Assembly: GCA_963805855.1 (NCBI GenBank)
Contig: CAWDVW010000005.1
Coordinates: 992,001-1,056,000 of the forward strand
Source: Candidatus Dadabacteria bacterium
Lineage (GTDB): Bacteria > Desulfobacterota_D > UBA1144 > Nemesobacterales > CSP1-2
DNA length: 64,000 bases
Reading direction: 5' to 3'
In this document: positions 1 through 10,947 of the stretch, in pieces
Layout of the letters: the number at the start of each line of letters is the position of its first letter
How positions within the stretch are numbered: the first letter of the stretch is position 1
The notes under the pieces: model-generated
The model's input: the letters and a program-made list of their open reading frames with translations, nothing else
Databases searched by the model: none
What the model was told of the DNA's origin: nothing
Position numbers and translations under genes: made by a program

Positions 1-2
1 GC

Positions 3-287
3 ATCCTTGATAAGAATTTTAGCTGCAGGCGAGGTGAGCTCGATATAGTAGCGGAGGATAATGATGTCGTCTGCTTCATAGAGGTCAAGGCTCGGTCCTC
101 TGAAGACTACGGCCTTCCCGAAGAAGCCGTAACACACTGGAAGAAACGAAAACTCCTGAATACAGCCTTTGTTTATATTGAAAAAAAGAAAATCAAGGAT
201 CGAGATATGCGCTTTGATATAATATCGGTCGATCTCAAAACACGGGAAGTGAGAATCCTCAAAGACGCGTTCGAGGCTGACCTCTGA
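3..287 (+). CDS. yraN: YraN family endonuclease (5' truncated by window edge)
   Basis: Manual translation: ILDKNFSCRRGELDIVAEDNDVVCFIEVKARSSEDYGLPEEAV...MRFDIISV...LKDAFEADL*; GELDIVA/FIEVK/RFD motifs. Confidence 0.85.
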   Translation: MLDKNFSCRRGELDIVAEDNDVVCFIEVKARSSEDYGLPEEAVTHWKKRKLLNTAFVYIEKKKIKDRDMRFDIISVDLKTREVRILKDAFEADL

Positions 288-320
288 CATTATATTATTC
301 TTAAACCTAGGCACTTCAGC

Positions 321-348
321 TTGACATCATTAAATTTTTGCATATGTT
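321..348 (+). promoter_or_regulatory. sigma70-type promoter of groESL
   Basis: TTGACA at 321-326, TATGTT at 343-348 (16-nt spacer), directly upstream of CIRCE. Confidence 0.6.
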
Positions 349-353
349 TATGT

Positions 354-380
354 CTAGCACTCTGTATCTCCGAGTGCTAT
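354..380 (+). promoter_or_regulatory. CIRCE element (HrcA operator)
   Basis: CTAGCACTC-N9-GAGTGCTAT versus consensus TTAGCACTC-N9-GAGTGCTAA, 30 nt upstream of groES. Confidence 0.92.
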
Positions 381-410
381 TCTTCAACATTTCACCAGGA
401 GGTTTCTTTT

Positions 411-698
411 ATGAAAATAAGGCCGCTTCATGACAAGATTTTAGTAAAAAGGATAGATGTGCCTCAAACCACAAAGGGTGGGATCATTATTCCCGATACT
501 GTTAAGGAAAAACCCCAGGAAGGAAAGGTCATTGCTGTTGGCAATGGACGGATCATGGAGGACGGGAAGGTAATGCCCCTCGAGGTGAAAAAGGGTGACA
601 AGATCCTATTCAGCAAATACGGCGGGACAGAGATCAATATAGAAGGGGAAGAATATCTGATCCTTGATGAAAACGATGTCCTAGCCATTACGACATAA
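411..698 (+). CDS. groES: co-chaperonin GroES
   Basis: MKIRPLHDKILVKR...GGIIIPDT...KYGGTE; RBS AGGAGG before ATG 411. Confidence 0.98.
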   Translation: MKIRPLHDKILVKRIDVPQTTKGGIIIPDTVKEKPQEGKVIAVGNGRIMEDGKVMPLEVKKGDKILFSKYGGTEINIEGEEYLILDENDVLAITT

Positions 699-2360
<1,662 letters not shown>

Positions 2361-2460
2361 GAGTCATTTGTACCAAAGGGAGGGGCGGAGTTCCGCTCCT
2401 TCTGATTATTTCATTACATCAATCCAGTTCTGAGTTTGTCGAAGGGACTGGCAGGCTTAA

Positions 2461-2526
2461 ATGTAGCGGAAACCTTTAGGTTTCCATTTCATTGATCTTA
2501 TGGAGGACTAAAGTCCTCCGCTACAT
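2461..2526. repeat. inverted pair of GTAG-type REP-like hairpins (REPIN-like doublet)
   Basis: GTAGC-GGAAACC-TTTA-GGTTTCC (2463-2485) and, on the minus strand, GTAGC-GGAGGAC-TTTA-GTCCTCC (2502-2524). Confidence 0.8.
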
Positions 2527-2645
2527 CTCCAATTAACCGACAATATCGACGGTCACAGATCTCCTCCCCGATCTCTGTAGTGAGTTCTGCCGAACGGCTC
2601 CTGACAGAATCGAGTCCTCAATCACAGAAACCGTTAGTCAATTCG

Positions 2646-3308
2646 CTACGTAATGCTCGTCCGAGCCTTCGGTTCATATTTCATTTTTCCAAGTTCAATG
2701 TATGTTTTAGTGTCGCTTTTTTGAGATAAAAACAAGGTTAGATCCTTTGGCTCGTCTATATCAAGTGCAATTCTGGGCATGTGATATATGTCGAATTCAA
2801 TTCCCCTTTTCTTTGCTTCTTCGATATGTTTATTAAAGCTGTCATACCCAAACCTTGAAGGAAAAGCATCAGGGGGTCTTCTAAGAATGGCATTAGTACC
2901 CAGCCCGTCCCTGGCGGGGACTAGGATTGCCGAAGGGTGCGGCTTTTCTCTCTCCAAAATATAGTCTACATCTTCCGGTCTAATGAGCGGGACATCACCT
3001 GGAATGACGAAAACTGATCCCGCCCCAAGATCCTTGCAGACATTCGAACTAAAATCAATCGAGATGCTCTCGCTTTCCTGCTTAGCCTCCCTTATAACTT
3101 CGATATCTAAGCTCCTTGCAAGTTCGGTAGCGAGCCCGTCTGAGGTAACCACAAAGAGTTTTGTTAAAAGTTTAGAGCCCCTTAGTGCCGTCAGTACATC
3201 GTCCAGCATTGTGTAAGCTAATTTAGTCCTATCACTTTGAGAAAGCACCGGAGAGAGCCTTTCCTTTGCGCGTGACAGGTCCTTCACGGGAACAATGGCA
3301 ATTCTCAT
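2646..3308 (-). CDS. cofC: 2-phospho-L-lactate/PEP guanylyltransferase (F420 biosynthesis)
   Basis: MRIAIVPVKDLSRAKERLS, PGDVPLI, GTNA, FGYDSFNKH, LDIDEPKDL. Confidence 0.9.
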   Translation of the reverse strand: MRIAIVPVKDLSRAKERLSPVLSQSDRTKLAYTMLDDVLTALRGSKLLTKLFVVTSDGLATELARSLDIEVIREAKQESESISIDFSSNVCKDLGAGSVFVIPGDVPLIRPEDVDYILEREKPHPSAILVPARDGLGTNAILRRPPDAFPSRFGYDSFNKHIEEAKKRGIEFDIYHMPRIALDIDEPKDLTLFLSQKSDTKTYIELGKMKYEPKARTSIT

Positions 3309-3444
3309 GTGAAACAATTTACAGTAGTTTAAGGACCTTTTCCATAGTCTGTGTGAACCAAGCAAGACTAATTGCTATATAATTTACGTATATATGATCT
3401 TTAAGCATCGATTAGTATTCTAGACCAAGTCACTATTGCATAAT

Positions 3445-4125
3445 ATGGCAAAGAAACCACATTATCTTGCTCACAGAAGCCGCCTAAGGAAAAGATTTAG
3501 AAAAACAGATGGCAACGGCCTCCATGAGCACGAATTACTCGAGCTCCTATTAACCTATGCAATTCCGAGAATTGATGTAAAACCGATTGCAAAACGACTC
3601 CTTGAGCGCTTTGGAGGGATTTCCGGAGTCCTTGACGCCAGTCAAGGAGAAATCGAGGGAATCATCGGTGTAGGACCAGTTTCAGCTACCCTCATACGCC
3701 TGGTAAAAGCCTTATGCGTTTCATGTTCGTCACAGAGAATGAGAAATAAGGATATCCTCTCTTCACCAGAGTCTGTTCTGGATTTCTCACGGTTAAAACT
3801 CAAAGGGCTGTCAAATGAAGCGCTGATGGCTATATATGTTAACGTGAAGAATCAGGTCATAGACTATGAAATGCTTAATGAAGGCACCGTCGATAATGTA
3901 GTAATTTATCCAAGACGAATAATTGAGGGAGCGTTAAGGTATCACGCTTCCGGCTTAATTATCGTTCATAACCATCCGAGCGGAAATCCGGAGCCATCCG
4001 AAGAGGACAGGGTATTAACAAGCTCCTTATCAGAAATATCAAAAACACTGGATATAAGGCTCCTAGATCATATCATCGTGGGAAGAGATGGTCATTTCAG
4101 TTTCAGGGAAAGGAAAGCGCTATGA
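3445..4125 (+). CDS. radC: RadC family JAB-domain protein
   Basis: HELLELLL, HhH GIIGVG, IYPRRI, HNHPSG..PSEED, LLDHIIVG. Confidence 0.93.
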   Translation: MAKKPHYLAHRSRLRKRFRKTDGNGLHEHELLELLLTYAIPRIDVKPIAKRLLERFGGISGVLDASQGEIEGIIGVGPVSATLIRLVKALCVSCSSQRMRNKDILSSPESVLDFSRLKLKGLSNEALMAIYVNVKNQVIDYEMLNEGTVDNVVIYPRRIIEGALRYHASGLIIVHNHPSGNPEPSEEDRVLTSSLSEISKTLDIRLLDHIIVGRDGHFSFRERKAL

Positions 4126-4130
4126 TCCAA

Positions 4131-4342
4131 GCGGGTTTGGAAAATCCCGCCTATCGATATGTCATATGAGGAAAAGTGTCAGGCATGCAAATTGACAGAT
4201 TGCACTATATTAAAACAGGATTTTGGTAACGCCCTTTGACTGAGCTCAGCGCGATCGGGTTCTTATACACATATTGAGATGACACCTTGATACGTCATAA
4301 GGATATTAATCGTCGCCGATAGTCGGGACTTTCGAGTCCCGA
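4131..4342. repeat. pair of CGATAG-led REP-like hairpins flanking a degenerate GTCAT...ATGAC element
   Basis: minus strand CGATAGGCGGGATTTTCCAAACCCGC (4131-4156); plus strand CGATAGTCGGGACTTTCGAGTCCCGA (4317-4342); TGTCAT...ATGACA between them. Confidence 0.6.
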
Positions 4343-4399
4343 GTGGATCTACATTTTTAATTTTTTACATGTATATTTAAACAACTACCAACGCAAGTA

Positions 4400-5041
4400 A
4401 TGAAAATGGAACTGGAAGAACTCATAAAATCTGAGGAAGCAGAGAGAGAGCAAAAACTCGAAAGGGCCCTGGAAGTAGCAAAAAGGGAATGGGGAAATAT
4501 CAGGATATCATTAAAACTCTGCGGGGATATAGGAGAGTTCTCTGAAGAAGATTTTATGATAGGCATTATCGATGAAGACGTAATAATCAGAGAGCCTGAG
4601 AAAAGCCCCACGAAATCGGTCTCGTTTTATGCACCTACTTTCTATCCCATGTATCTTATAAAAAACCTCGTTTCAATGGACGAGAAGCTGGAAGAACATG
4701 GATACAAAACGGTAGAAGCCCTCTATGTGTTCATAGAGCTTGTCACCAAGGCCGTGGAACGGCTTGGTTTGGTAGGCACCTTCAGCATGGCTTTCGGTTC
4801 CGGGTACGCGAGCGTGAGAACCGGCTGGACAGCAGAGAAGGGTCTCCCGGTAGAGAGAGAAATTTTCTTCAAAATGTTCTTCAAGAGTACAAAGAAGAAT
4901 TTTGACTGGGAGTTCTTTTGGACATCGGTAGGAGAGAAACTAAAGATCATATTCGACAGATTCTTGGCCTGGCAAAACGACCAAGCACTATATCAAAGAG
5001 AAGTAAGACCAAAGTCAATAATAAAACCAATGATGGTTTAA
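4400..5041 (+). CDS. hypothetical protein
   Basis: 213-aa ORF with normal composition; no motif recognised. Confidence 0.7.
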   Translation: MKMELEELIKSEEAEREQKLERALEVAKREWGNIRISLKLCGDIGEFSEEDFMIGIIDEDVIIREPEKSPTKSVSFYAPTFYPMYLIKNLVSMDEKLEEHGYKTVEALYVFIELVTKAVERLGLVGTFSMAFGSGYASVRTGWTAEKGLPVEREIFFKMFFKSTKKNFDWEFFWTSVGEKLKIIFDRFLAWQNDQALYQREVRPKSIIKPMMV

Positions 5042-5074
5042 AACTTGTAAATAACGAAATCGCATTATTGCTCT

Positions 5075-6439
5075 TTAGAAGATTCCCAAATCGTCGTATT
5101 CGTCATCCGCAATATCCCCGAAGCTAGGAACGCCTCGACTATCTGCCAAGAACCTAAGCTTTACCACACCCGTAGGCCCGTTTCTCTGCTTCCCGATGAT
5201 TATCTCTGCTAAGCCATCCCTTTCGTCCGCGTTTTTCCGGTAGGCATCCGCCCTATGAATGAAGACAACGACGTCAGCATCCTGCTCGAGCGCCCCGCTT
5301 TCCCTTAGATCGGCAAGCTGTGGACGCCTATCTGAGCGGGTTTCTGTCTGTCGACTTAGCTGTGAAACCGCTATAACGGGCAGGCTTAGCTCTTTCGCGA
5401 GGCTTTTTAGAGAGCCAGAAATCTCTGCAATCTCACGCTCCCTTGTCTCTGATACGCCGGTCCCTCTCATTAGTTGAAGATAATCGACAATAACAAGGTC
5501 CAAGCCCTTATCTTTCTTCTGCCTCCTTGCCTTTGCTCTAAGCTCTAAAACACTAATGGCGGGCGTATCGTCAATATATATCTTCGCCTTTCCAAACGTA
5601 TCAGCTGTTTTTATAAGCTTTTTCAAATCGCCTTCGTTAATGTAACCGCTCCTGATATCTGAATAATTCACCTTCGCGCTTGCCGCCAGAAGCCTCAACA
5701 TAAGTTGCTCTTTGGTCATTTCTAAAGAAAAAATCCCGACCTTAAACCCAAAATTTATAGCTGCATGCGTTGCAATATCCAGGCAAAAGGAAGTTTTTCC
5801 AAGTCCAGGCCTGGCTGCAACTATTATCAAATCAGCAGGTTGAAGTCCGCAGGTCATATGGTCAAGTCTCTCAAATCCAGTCGGAACACCGGTAATAAGC
5901 TCTTTCCTCGAATGAAGTGTTTCAATTATCTCTAATGCCTTCGCAGCTAGCTCCCTGCTTTCAAAGAAACTCGGTTTCACACGATGCTGTGCAACATCGA
6001 GTATCGCGTGTTCTGCCCGGTCAATAAACTCATCAACGTTTATTCCCTCTTCTTGCCCGCGACTCGCTATCTCAGTCGCGGCAATAACGAGCCTCCGAAG
6101 AATGGATTTCTCTTTTACCAACCTCGCGTAGTATTCGATATTGACCGTCGTCGGTACTATTTCCGTTAGATAGGTGAGATAGGAGCTTCCACCGACCTCT
6201 TCCAGGATATGACCATCAGACTTCAAGTAATCAAAGAGCGAGAGAATATCGATCGGTTTGTTATTTCTTTCAAGGTCAACCATTGCATCAAACATTTTTC
6301 TATGCGATTCCCTGTAGAAATCTTCGTTTATTAATATATTGAGGACCTGATTTATAAGATCTCCATCTATTAAAATCGCGCCAAGCACGGCCTGCTCAGC
6401 CTCTATATTCTGTGGTAATGGTCTTGCTAGATTCGCCAT
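5075..6439 (-). CDS. dnaB: replicative DNA helicase
   Basis: PQNIEAEQAVLG, AARPGLGKT, IVDYLQLM, DLRESGALEQDAD, KQRNGPTG. Confidence 0.98.
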   Translation of the reverse strand: MANLARPLPQNIEAEQAVLGAILIDGDLINQVLNILINEDFYRESHRKMFDAMVDLERNNKPIDILSLFDYLKSDGHILEEVGGSSYLTYLTEIVPTTVNIEYYARLVKEKSILRRLVIAATEIASRGQEEGINVDEFIDRAEHAILDVAQHRVKPSFFESRELAAKALEIIETLHSRKELITGVPTGFERLDHMTCGLQPADLIIVAARPGLGKTSFCLDIATHAAINFGFKVGIFSLEMTKEQLMLRLLAASAKVNYSDIRSGYINEGDLKKLIKTADTFGKAKIYIDDTPAISVLELRAKARRQKKDKGLDLVIVDYLQLMRGTGVSETREREIAEISGSLKSLAKELSLPVIAVSQLSRQTETRSDRRPQLADLRESGALEQDADVVVFIHRADAYRKNADERDGLAEIIIGKQRNGPTGVVKLRFLADSRGVPSFGDIADDEYDDLGIF

Positions 6440-6516
6440 ATAGAATCTTAAGAGAAACTGTAAATTGATCTATCTCTACTTAATAACTTAGAAGCTTTAA
6501 TTCCCCCAATACGAGC

Positions 6517-7239
6517 CTACACGCCCATAGATAATCTATAAGCTAACCTTTTATCAAGGCCGGCAGCAATTATCTTCTCTTGAGCTGTCATTATATCATA
6601 TTCAAGCCTAAAGAACTTTATAGTTTTTTCATCATGCTCGTAGATAAGAAAAGATGCCCTAGGATCCCTATCGCGTGGCTGTCCGACGCTTCCCGGATTT
6701 ATAAGGTAGAAATTTTCCTCGGATAGCTCGACCTCATCATTGGTAAAGCCTTCCACTCGACCATGTGAATAGACGTAATATACCTTTACATGGGTATGAC
6801 CAAAGAAACAGATCTTCGCTTCAATCATGAGATTGATCTCTAAGAAGGCTTCAGAGCTCGAAAATATATATAAATCCGGATCCGATATCGCGCCGTGTAC
6901 GATTAGAAAATCCTCAATCTGCCTCTGATGCGGAAGGCTAAAGAGAAAATCCCTGTTCTCATCGGTGAGTTCATTCCTTGTCCAAAGTGCTGCATCCCTG
7001 GCTATAGGATTGAAATTATAGGGCTCGCCTCTGCCACACGCTACCATATCGTGGTTTCCAATGACTGAAGTAAGCTGCCTCTCCCTTACTATATCTAAAC
7101 ATTCATTCGGGCTTGCGCCATAACCCACGATATCGCCAAGACAGACAATCTTATCTACGCCCATACCATCTATTTCAGATAGAGTCCTTTCGAATGCCTC
7201 AAGATTAGAATGAATATCTGAGATGACAGCATAATTCAT
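6517..7239 (-). CDS. calcineurin-like metallophosphoesterase
   Basis: DIHSN, GDIVGYG, GNHD, HG, GHTH, NPGSVGQPRD. Confidence 0.92.
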   Translation of the reverse strand: MNYAVISDIHSNLEAFERTLSEIDGMGVDKIVCLGDIVGYGASPNECLDIVRERQLTSVIGNHDMVACGRGEPYNFNPIARDAALWTRNELTDENRDFLFSLPHQRQIEDFLIVHGAISDPDLYIFSSSEAFLEINLMIEAKICFFGHTHVKVYYVYSHGRVEGFTNDEVELSEENFYLINPGSVGQPRDRDPRASFLIYEHDEKTIKFFRLEYDIMTAQEKIIAAGLDKRLAYRLSMGV

Positions 7240-7254
7240 AGATAATAGACCCAT

Positions 7255-8589
7255 TCATATTCCCTGCTTCAGGATTACTATTCCAATGTCCATAACATTG
7301 GTGCCCGTCGGTCCCACTTTGACGAGTGCTCCCAGTCTATCAAAGAACCTGTAAGAGTCATTTTGCGCGAGGAACTCCCTGGCGCTAAGTTTCATTTCGC
7401 GTGCTATTTTTCTTGTGTCTCCATCACATATAGCTCCGGTTGCGTCTGTGGGGCCGTCAATGCCGTCGGTACCGCAAAAGAGCCCTAATATATTATGATC
7501 CATTATCTCCATAGAAAATGACAAAGCAGTCTCTGTATTTCTTCCACCCTTTCCGGCACCATTAATGGTAACTGACGTCTCACCGCCAAATATTATGCAC
7601 GCCGGTTTTTTCACAGGGGTGTTAAATCTTTCGATATCAAACGCGATCGCAGCTATAACCTTTGCCACTTCTCTAGCCTCACCCGAGACCTGGGATGAGA
7701 GCAGAAAGGTGTTATATCCCAGCTCTTTTGCCTTTCTCTTTGCAGCTATGAGAGACTTAAAATTACTTCCCACAATTGTGGTCTGAACCCCCTTTGGATC
7801 ATATTCATATTCCTTCAGGGTTTCAGGTAGGTGTCCCCTCCTACCCTCTTCCAAATGCACCATCACCTGTGGTGGGACTCTATGCTCAAGCCTAAGGGCT
7901 TCTATTACACGACAAGCATCATTGAATGTAGTAGGATCCGGAACCGTTGGTCCTGAGGCAATTGCGTCAAGCCTGTCACCAACGACATTAGAAAGTATCA
8001 GTGTTATAACTTGCGACGGAAACGCCTTTTTGAGGAGACCACCGCCTTTAATCTGAGATATATGTTTCCTAACTGCATTGAGTCCATACTTATCTACCCC
8101 TGAGTTAAGCAGCATTAAAGTGGTGTTCTGTTTGTCCTTCAATGAAATCCCCGACGCCGGCATTGCAAGAAGGGCACTCCCGCCACCAGAGATTAGGAAA
8201 ATCACAAGATCACGTTCATCGGTTCTCTCAAGAAGGTTCAATACTTCATTAGCAGCACGGAGGCTTCTCCTATCAGGCACTGGATGACTAGATAGATAGA
8301 ACCTTGATCTTTCAAAGTCAAATTGAGGCTCTGAATTTGACACCACGATTCCATCCTTGATCCTTTTTCCTAAGACATCCTCGACCGCCCTGGCCATTGC
8401 AGAGGCAGCTTTTCCAAATGCTATAACGTACAAAGACCTGAATAGATCTAGATTGTAGGTCCGAGAATCAACTCTAAACTTGTTTCCTCTTAGCTCTACA
8501 TGATCCAAAACACACCTCATGGGATCAGCCGCCTTAAGTGCTTCCTGATAAATATCAATAACGTGGTCTTTAGTGTGATGAGAGAACAT
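7255..8589 (-). CDS. glycerate 2-kinase (type 2, MOFRL family)
   Basis: GKAA, LISGGGSALL, RKHISQIKGG, GGETSV, GTDGIDG, TGTNVMD. Confidence 0.9.
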   Translation of the reverse strand: MFSHHTKDHVIDIYQEALKAADPMRCVLDHVELRGNKFRVDSRTYNLDLFRSLYVIAFGKAASAMARAVEDVLGKRIKDGIVVSNSEPQFDFERSRFYLSSHPVPDRRSLRAANEVLNLLERTDERDLVIFLISGGGSALLAMPASGISLKDKQNTTLMLLNSGVDKYGLNAVRKHISQIKGGGLLKKAFPSQVITLILSNVVGDRLDAIASGPTVPDPTTFNDACRVIEALRLEHRVPPQVMVHLEEGRRGHLPETLKEYEYDPKGVQTTIVGSNFKSLIAAKRKAKELGYNTFLLSSQVSGEAREVAKVIAAIAFDIERFNTPVKKPACIIFGGETSVTINGAGKGGRNTETALSFSMEIMDHNILGLFCGTDGIDGPTDATGAICDGDTRKIAREMKLSAREFLAQNDSYRFFDRLGALVKVGPTGTNVMDIGIVILKQGI

Positions 8590-8625
8590 TCGTATTTCAG
8601 AACGATGAAAATCTTAAATATGAAT

Positions 8626-9099
8626 TCATTCCATTTTAATCCTTTCTATAACCCGATCTATCTTTGCCTTGGTTAGATTCTCGTGCAACTCGTTGTCAAC
8701 TAGCATGACAGGCGCAGTCCCGCACGAAGCTAGACACTCGGCTTCTAAGAGAGTGATTCTGCCATCGGGTGTTGTTTCTCCGACTTTTATACCCAATTTT
8801 TCGCCCAGATAATGCTCTACCTGCCCAGCGCCTCTTAGAGCGCAAGACAGCGTTCTGCATTGCCAAATGATATGCTTCCCAACAGGTTTCGTAAAAAACA
8901 TAGTATAGAACGTGGCAACGTTTTGAACATTTGACGCGGGAATCCCAAGGATCTCAGCCGTCTCTTTCATTGATTCATTTGAGAGCCATCCATACTCACT
9001 CTGAACCTCACGAAGCACCGGGATAAGCGCGGCCTGATTTGTTTGAGATTTAGACAAAACTTCGCTAATTTTTCCTTTGAGTTTTTCTGAAAAAGGCAT
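8626..9099 (-). CDS. nuoE: NADH-quinone oxidoreductase subunit E-like [2Fe-2S] protein
   Basis: VATFYTMF, C-x4-C (CRTLSC), CLASCGTAP. Confidence 0.88.
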   Translation of the reverse strand: MPFSEKLKGKISEVLSKSQTNQAALIPVLREVQSEYGWLSNESMKETAEILGIPASNVQNVATFYTMFFTKPVGKHIIWQCRTLSCALRGAGQVEHYLGEKLGIKVGETTPDGRITLLEAECLASCGTAPVMLVDNELHENLTKAKIDRVIERIKME

Positions 9100-9224
9100 G
9101 CGGGATAGATTCTCCTAGAGAGATAGACGATATTTAAACTAACATGGTTTGTATGCGTGTCAAGAAAGATTAGACAAGGGTAAATCAGATTTAGAGATTT
9201 AAGATGTATCTCGCGATATTTTAA

Positions 9225-9252
9225 GTAGAGACGCAAAATTTTGCGTCTCTAC
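9225..9252. repeat. 28-bp perfect palindrome, GTAG-type REP-like
   Basis: GTAGAGACGCAAAA|TTTTGCGTCTCTAC. Confidence 0.8.
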
Positions 9253-9314
9253 GGCTAGGAATTTCAATGTTGTTGTAAGGAGTTATAAAATTCTTTACCC
9301 TTAATGAACAATAT

Positions 9315-9722
9315 ATGTTTCTCAAATTATTGCTCCTATTTATTGTAATCCCGATCATTGAAATCGCGATACTCGTTAAGATAGGAACCCTTTTAGGTTT
9401 TTTGCCCACAATGCTCATAGTAATCGCAACTGGAATTTTGGGTGCGACGTTGGCCAGAATTCAGGGTTTTTTGGTCTTAACGAGAATTCGCGTTGAACTT
9501 CAGATGGGCAGGATGCCGGCGGAAGAATTAATCGACGGTCTCTTAATATTGATAGGAGGAATTTTGCTACTAACTCCTGGACTGTTGACCGACCTAATAG
9601 GTTTCCTGATGCTCATTCAATGGAGCAGAAAATTATTCAAAAAATGGCTAGGCAAAAGATTCAGGCAGTGGGTACAATCACGAAATGCAAGGATCACCAA
9701 TGTTCACGGCGAAAAACCATGA
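9315..9722 (+). CDS. fxsA: FxsA family membrane protein
   Basis: PIIEIAILVKIG, GGILLLTPGLLTDLIG. Confidence 0.9.
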   Translation: MFLKLLLLFIVIPIIEIAILVKIGTLLGFLPTMLIVIATGILGATLARIQGFLVLTRIRVELQMGRMPAEELIDGLLILIGGILLLTPGLLTDLIGFLMLIQWSRKLFKKWLGKRFRQWVQSRNARITNVHGEKP

Positions 9723-9819
9723 AATCTCCGACACGCTATGGTAACATGATTTTATATCACTTTTCATAATTCCTGTAAGAATGCAAACTAGTCGTTGTAA
9801 CCCTTAAGGAGAGTTCATC

Positions 9820-10284
9820 ATGCTTGACCTATTTAAAAGCATTTTCGATAAAAAGAGTTATAAAGAAATTCAGAAAGGATCAATCGACCAGCAACAGAAA
9901 TTGAAGATCGCCACCTGTGTCATCCTGCTCGAAGCTGTCACAGCAGACGACACGCTTTCCGATCAGGAATTACACACGATAATTGAATTACTTAAATCAA
10001 AGTACGATATGACCGACACCCAGGTAAATGAATTGATCGAAACCTCTAAAAGAGAGCGTGAAGACTCTGCAGATCTCTGGTATTTCACTAATCTCATAAA
10101 CGAAAACCTTACAATGGATGAAAAGTACGATTTAATGGTAATGATATGGGAGGCTATCTACTCAGATGGCACGCTTGATAAGTATGAGAATTATATCGCA
10201 CATAAATTGAGAAATCTCTTAAATCTTGATCACACAAAATTCATCGACATCAAATTAAAGGTCAAGGAAGAGATGTTAAAATAA
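9820..10284 (+). CDS. TerB family protein
   Basis: LLEAVTADD...E, IWEAIYSDGTLDKYE...LRNLL. Confidence 0.8.
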   Translation: MLDLFKSIFDKKSYKEIQKGSIDQQQKLKIATCVILLEAVTADDTLSDQELHTIIELLKSKYDMTDTQVNELIETSKREREDSADLWYFTNLINENLTMDEKYDLMVMIWEAIYSDGTLDKYENYIAHKLRNLLNLDHTKFIDIKLKVKEEMLK

Positions 10285-10302
10285 AAAACACAAATTCAGT
10301 TT

Positions 10303-10947
10303 TCATGCCCGAACTGCTCTACTACTCTTTAGCATATTTAGAAATTCCTTCACCTCACTTGATTTCACCTTCATTGTGACCTTATTCACTACCAGTTTTG
10401 CTGTTATATTTGCTATGGTTTCAATTTCTACTAAATTATTCTTCCGAAGTGTTTCGCCGGTTGCACTCAAATCCACTATAACATCTGAAAGACCCACAAT
10501 TGGAGCTAGTTCAACCGACCCATAGAGTTTTACTATGTCAGTTGTAATCCCCTTCTTTACAAAATGTTCAAAAGAGGTCCTAGGATACTTAGTTGCAACC
10601 CTTAGAAGCCTCGATGTAGGAAACTTGAATCCCATCGGTCCTGCAACCACAAGCTTGCATTTACCAATTCCGAGATCGAGTGGTTCGTATAAATCGTGTT
10701 TTTCTTCAATCAACGTATCCTTCCCTACTATTCCACAGTCTGCTGCTCCATATTCCACATAGGAAGGCACGTCATAAGGACGCACAATCAAGATCTTTAA
10801 TCCAACTTCCGGGTATTCATAGATCAGTCTTCTGGAATCGGCGTAAATCTCACCGACTGGTAGTCCGGCCCTTATTAGTACCCTGGCAGCTTCTTTCAAT
10901 AGCCTGCCTCGGGCGATTGCAAGTGTTATCAATCTTTCTCCCTCCAT
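10303..10947 (-). CDS. hisG: ATP phosphoribosyltransferase, short form
   Basis: [40 protein letters not shown]; 214 aa. Confidence 0.95.
   Translation of the reverse strand: MEGERLITLAIARGRLLKEAARVLIRAGLPVGEIYADSRRLIYEYPEVGLKILIVRPYDVPSYVEYGAADCGIVGKDTLIEEKHDLYEPLDLGIGKCKLVVAGPMGFKFPTSRLLRVATKYPRTSFEHFVKKGITTDIVKLYGSVELAPIVGLSDVIVDLSATGETLRKNNLVEIETIANITAKLVVNKVTMKVKSSEVKEFLNMLKSSRAVRA

Noticed and set aside
321-410. N-terminal extension of GroES from the ORF track
   Set aside because: The TTG at 321 is the -35 box; the region holds CIRCE and the RBS for ATG 411
3445-4125. radC as a marker of a mobile or anti-restriction element
   Set aside because: Full-length HhH+JAB form among housekeeping genes, with no mobility genes nearby
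5075-6439. Intein in DnaB
   Set aside because: 454 aa is the normal length and there is no insertion
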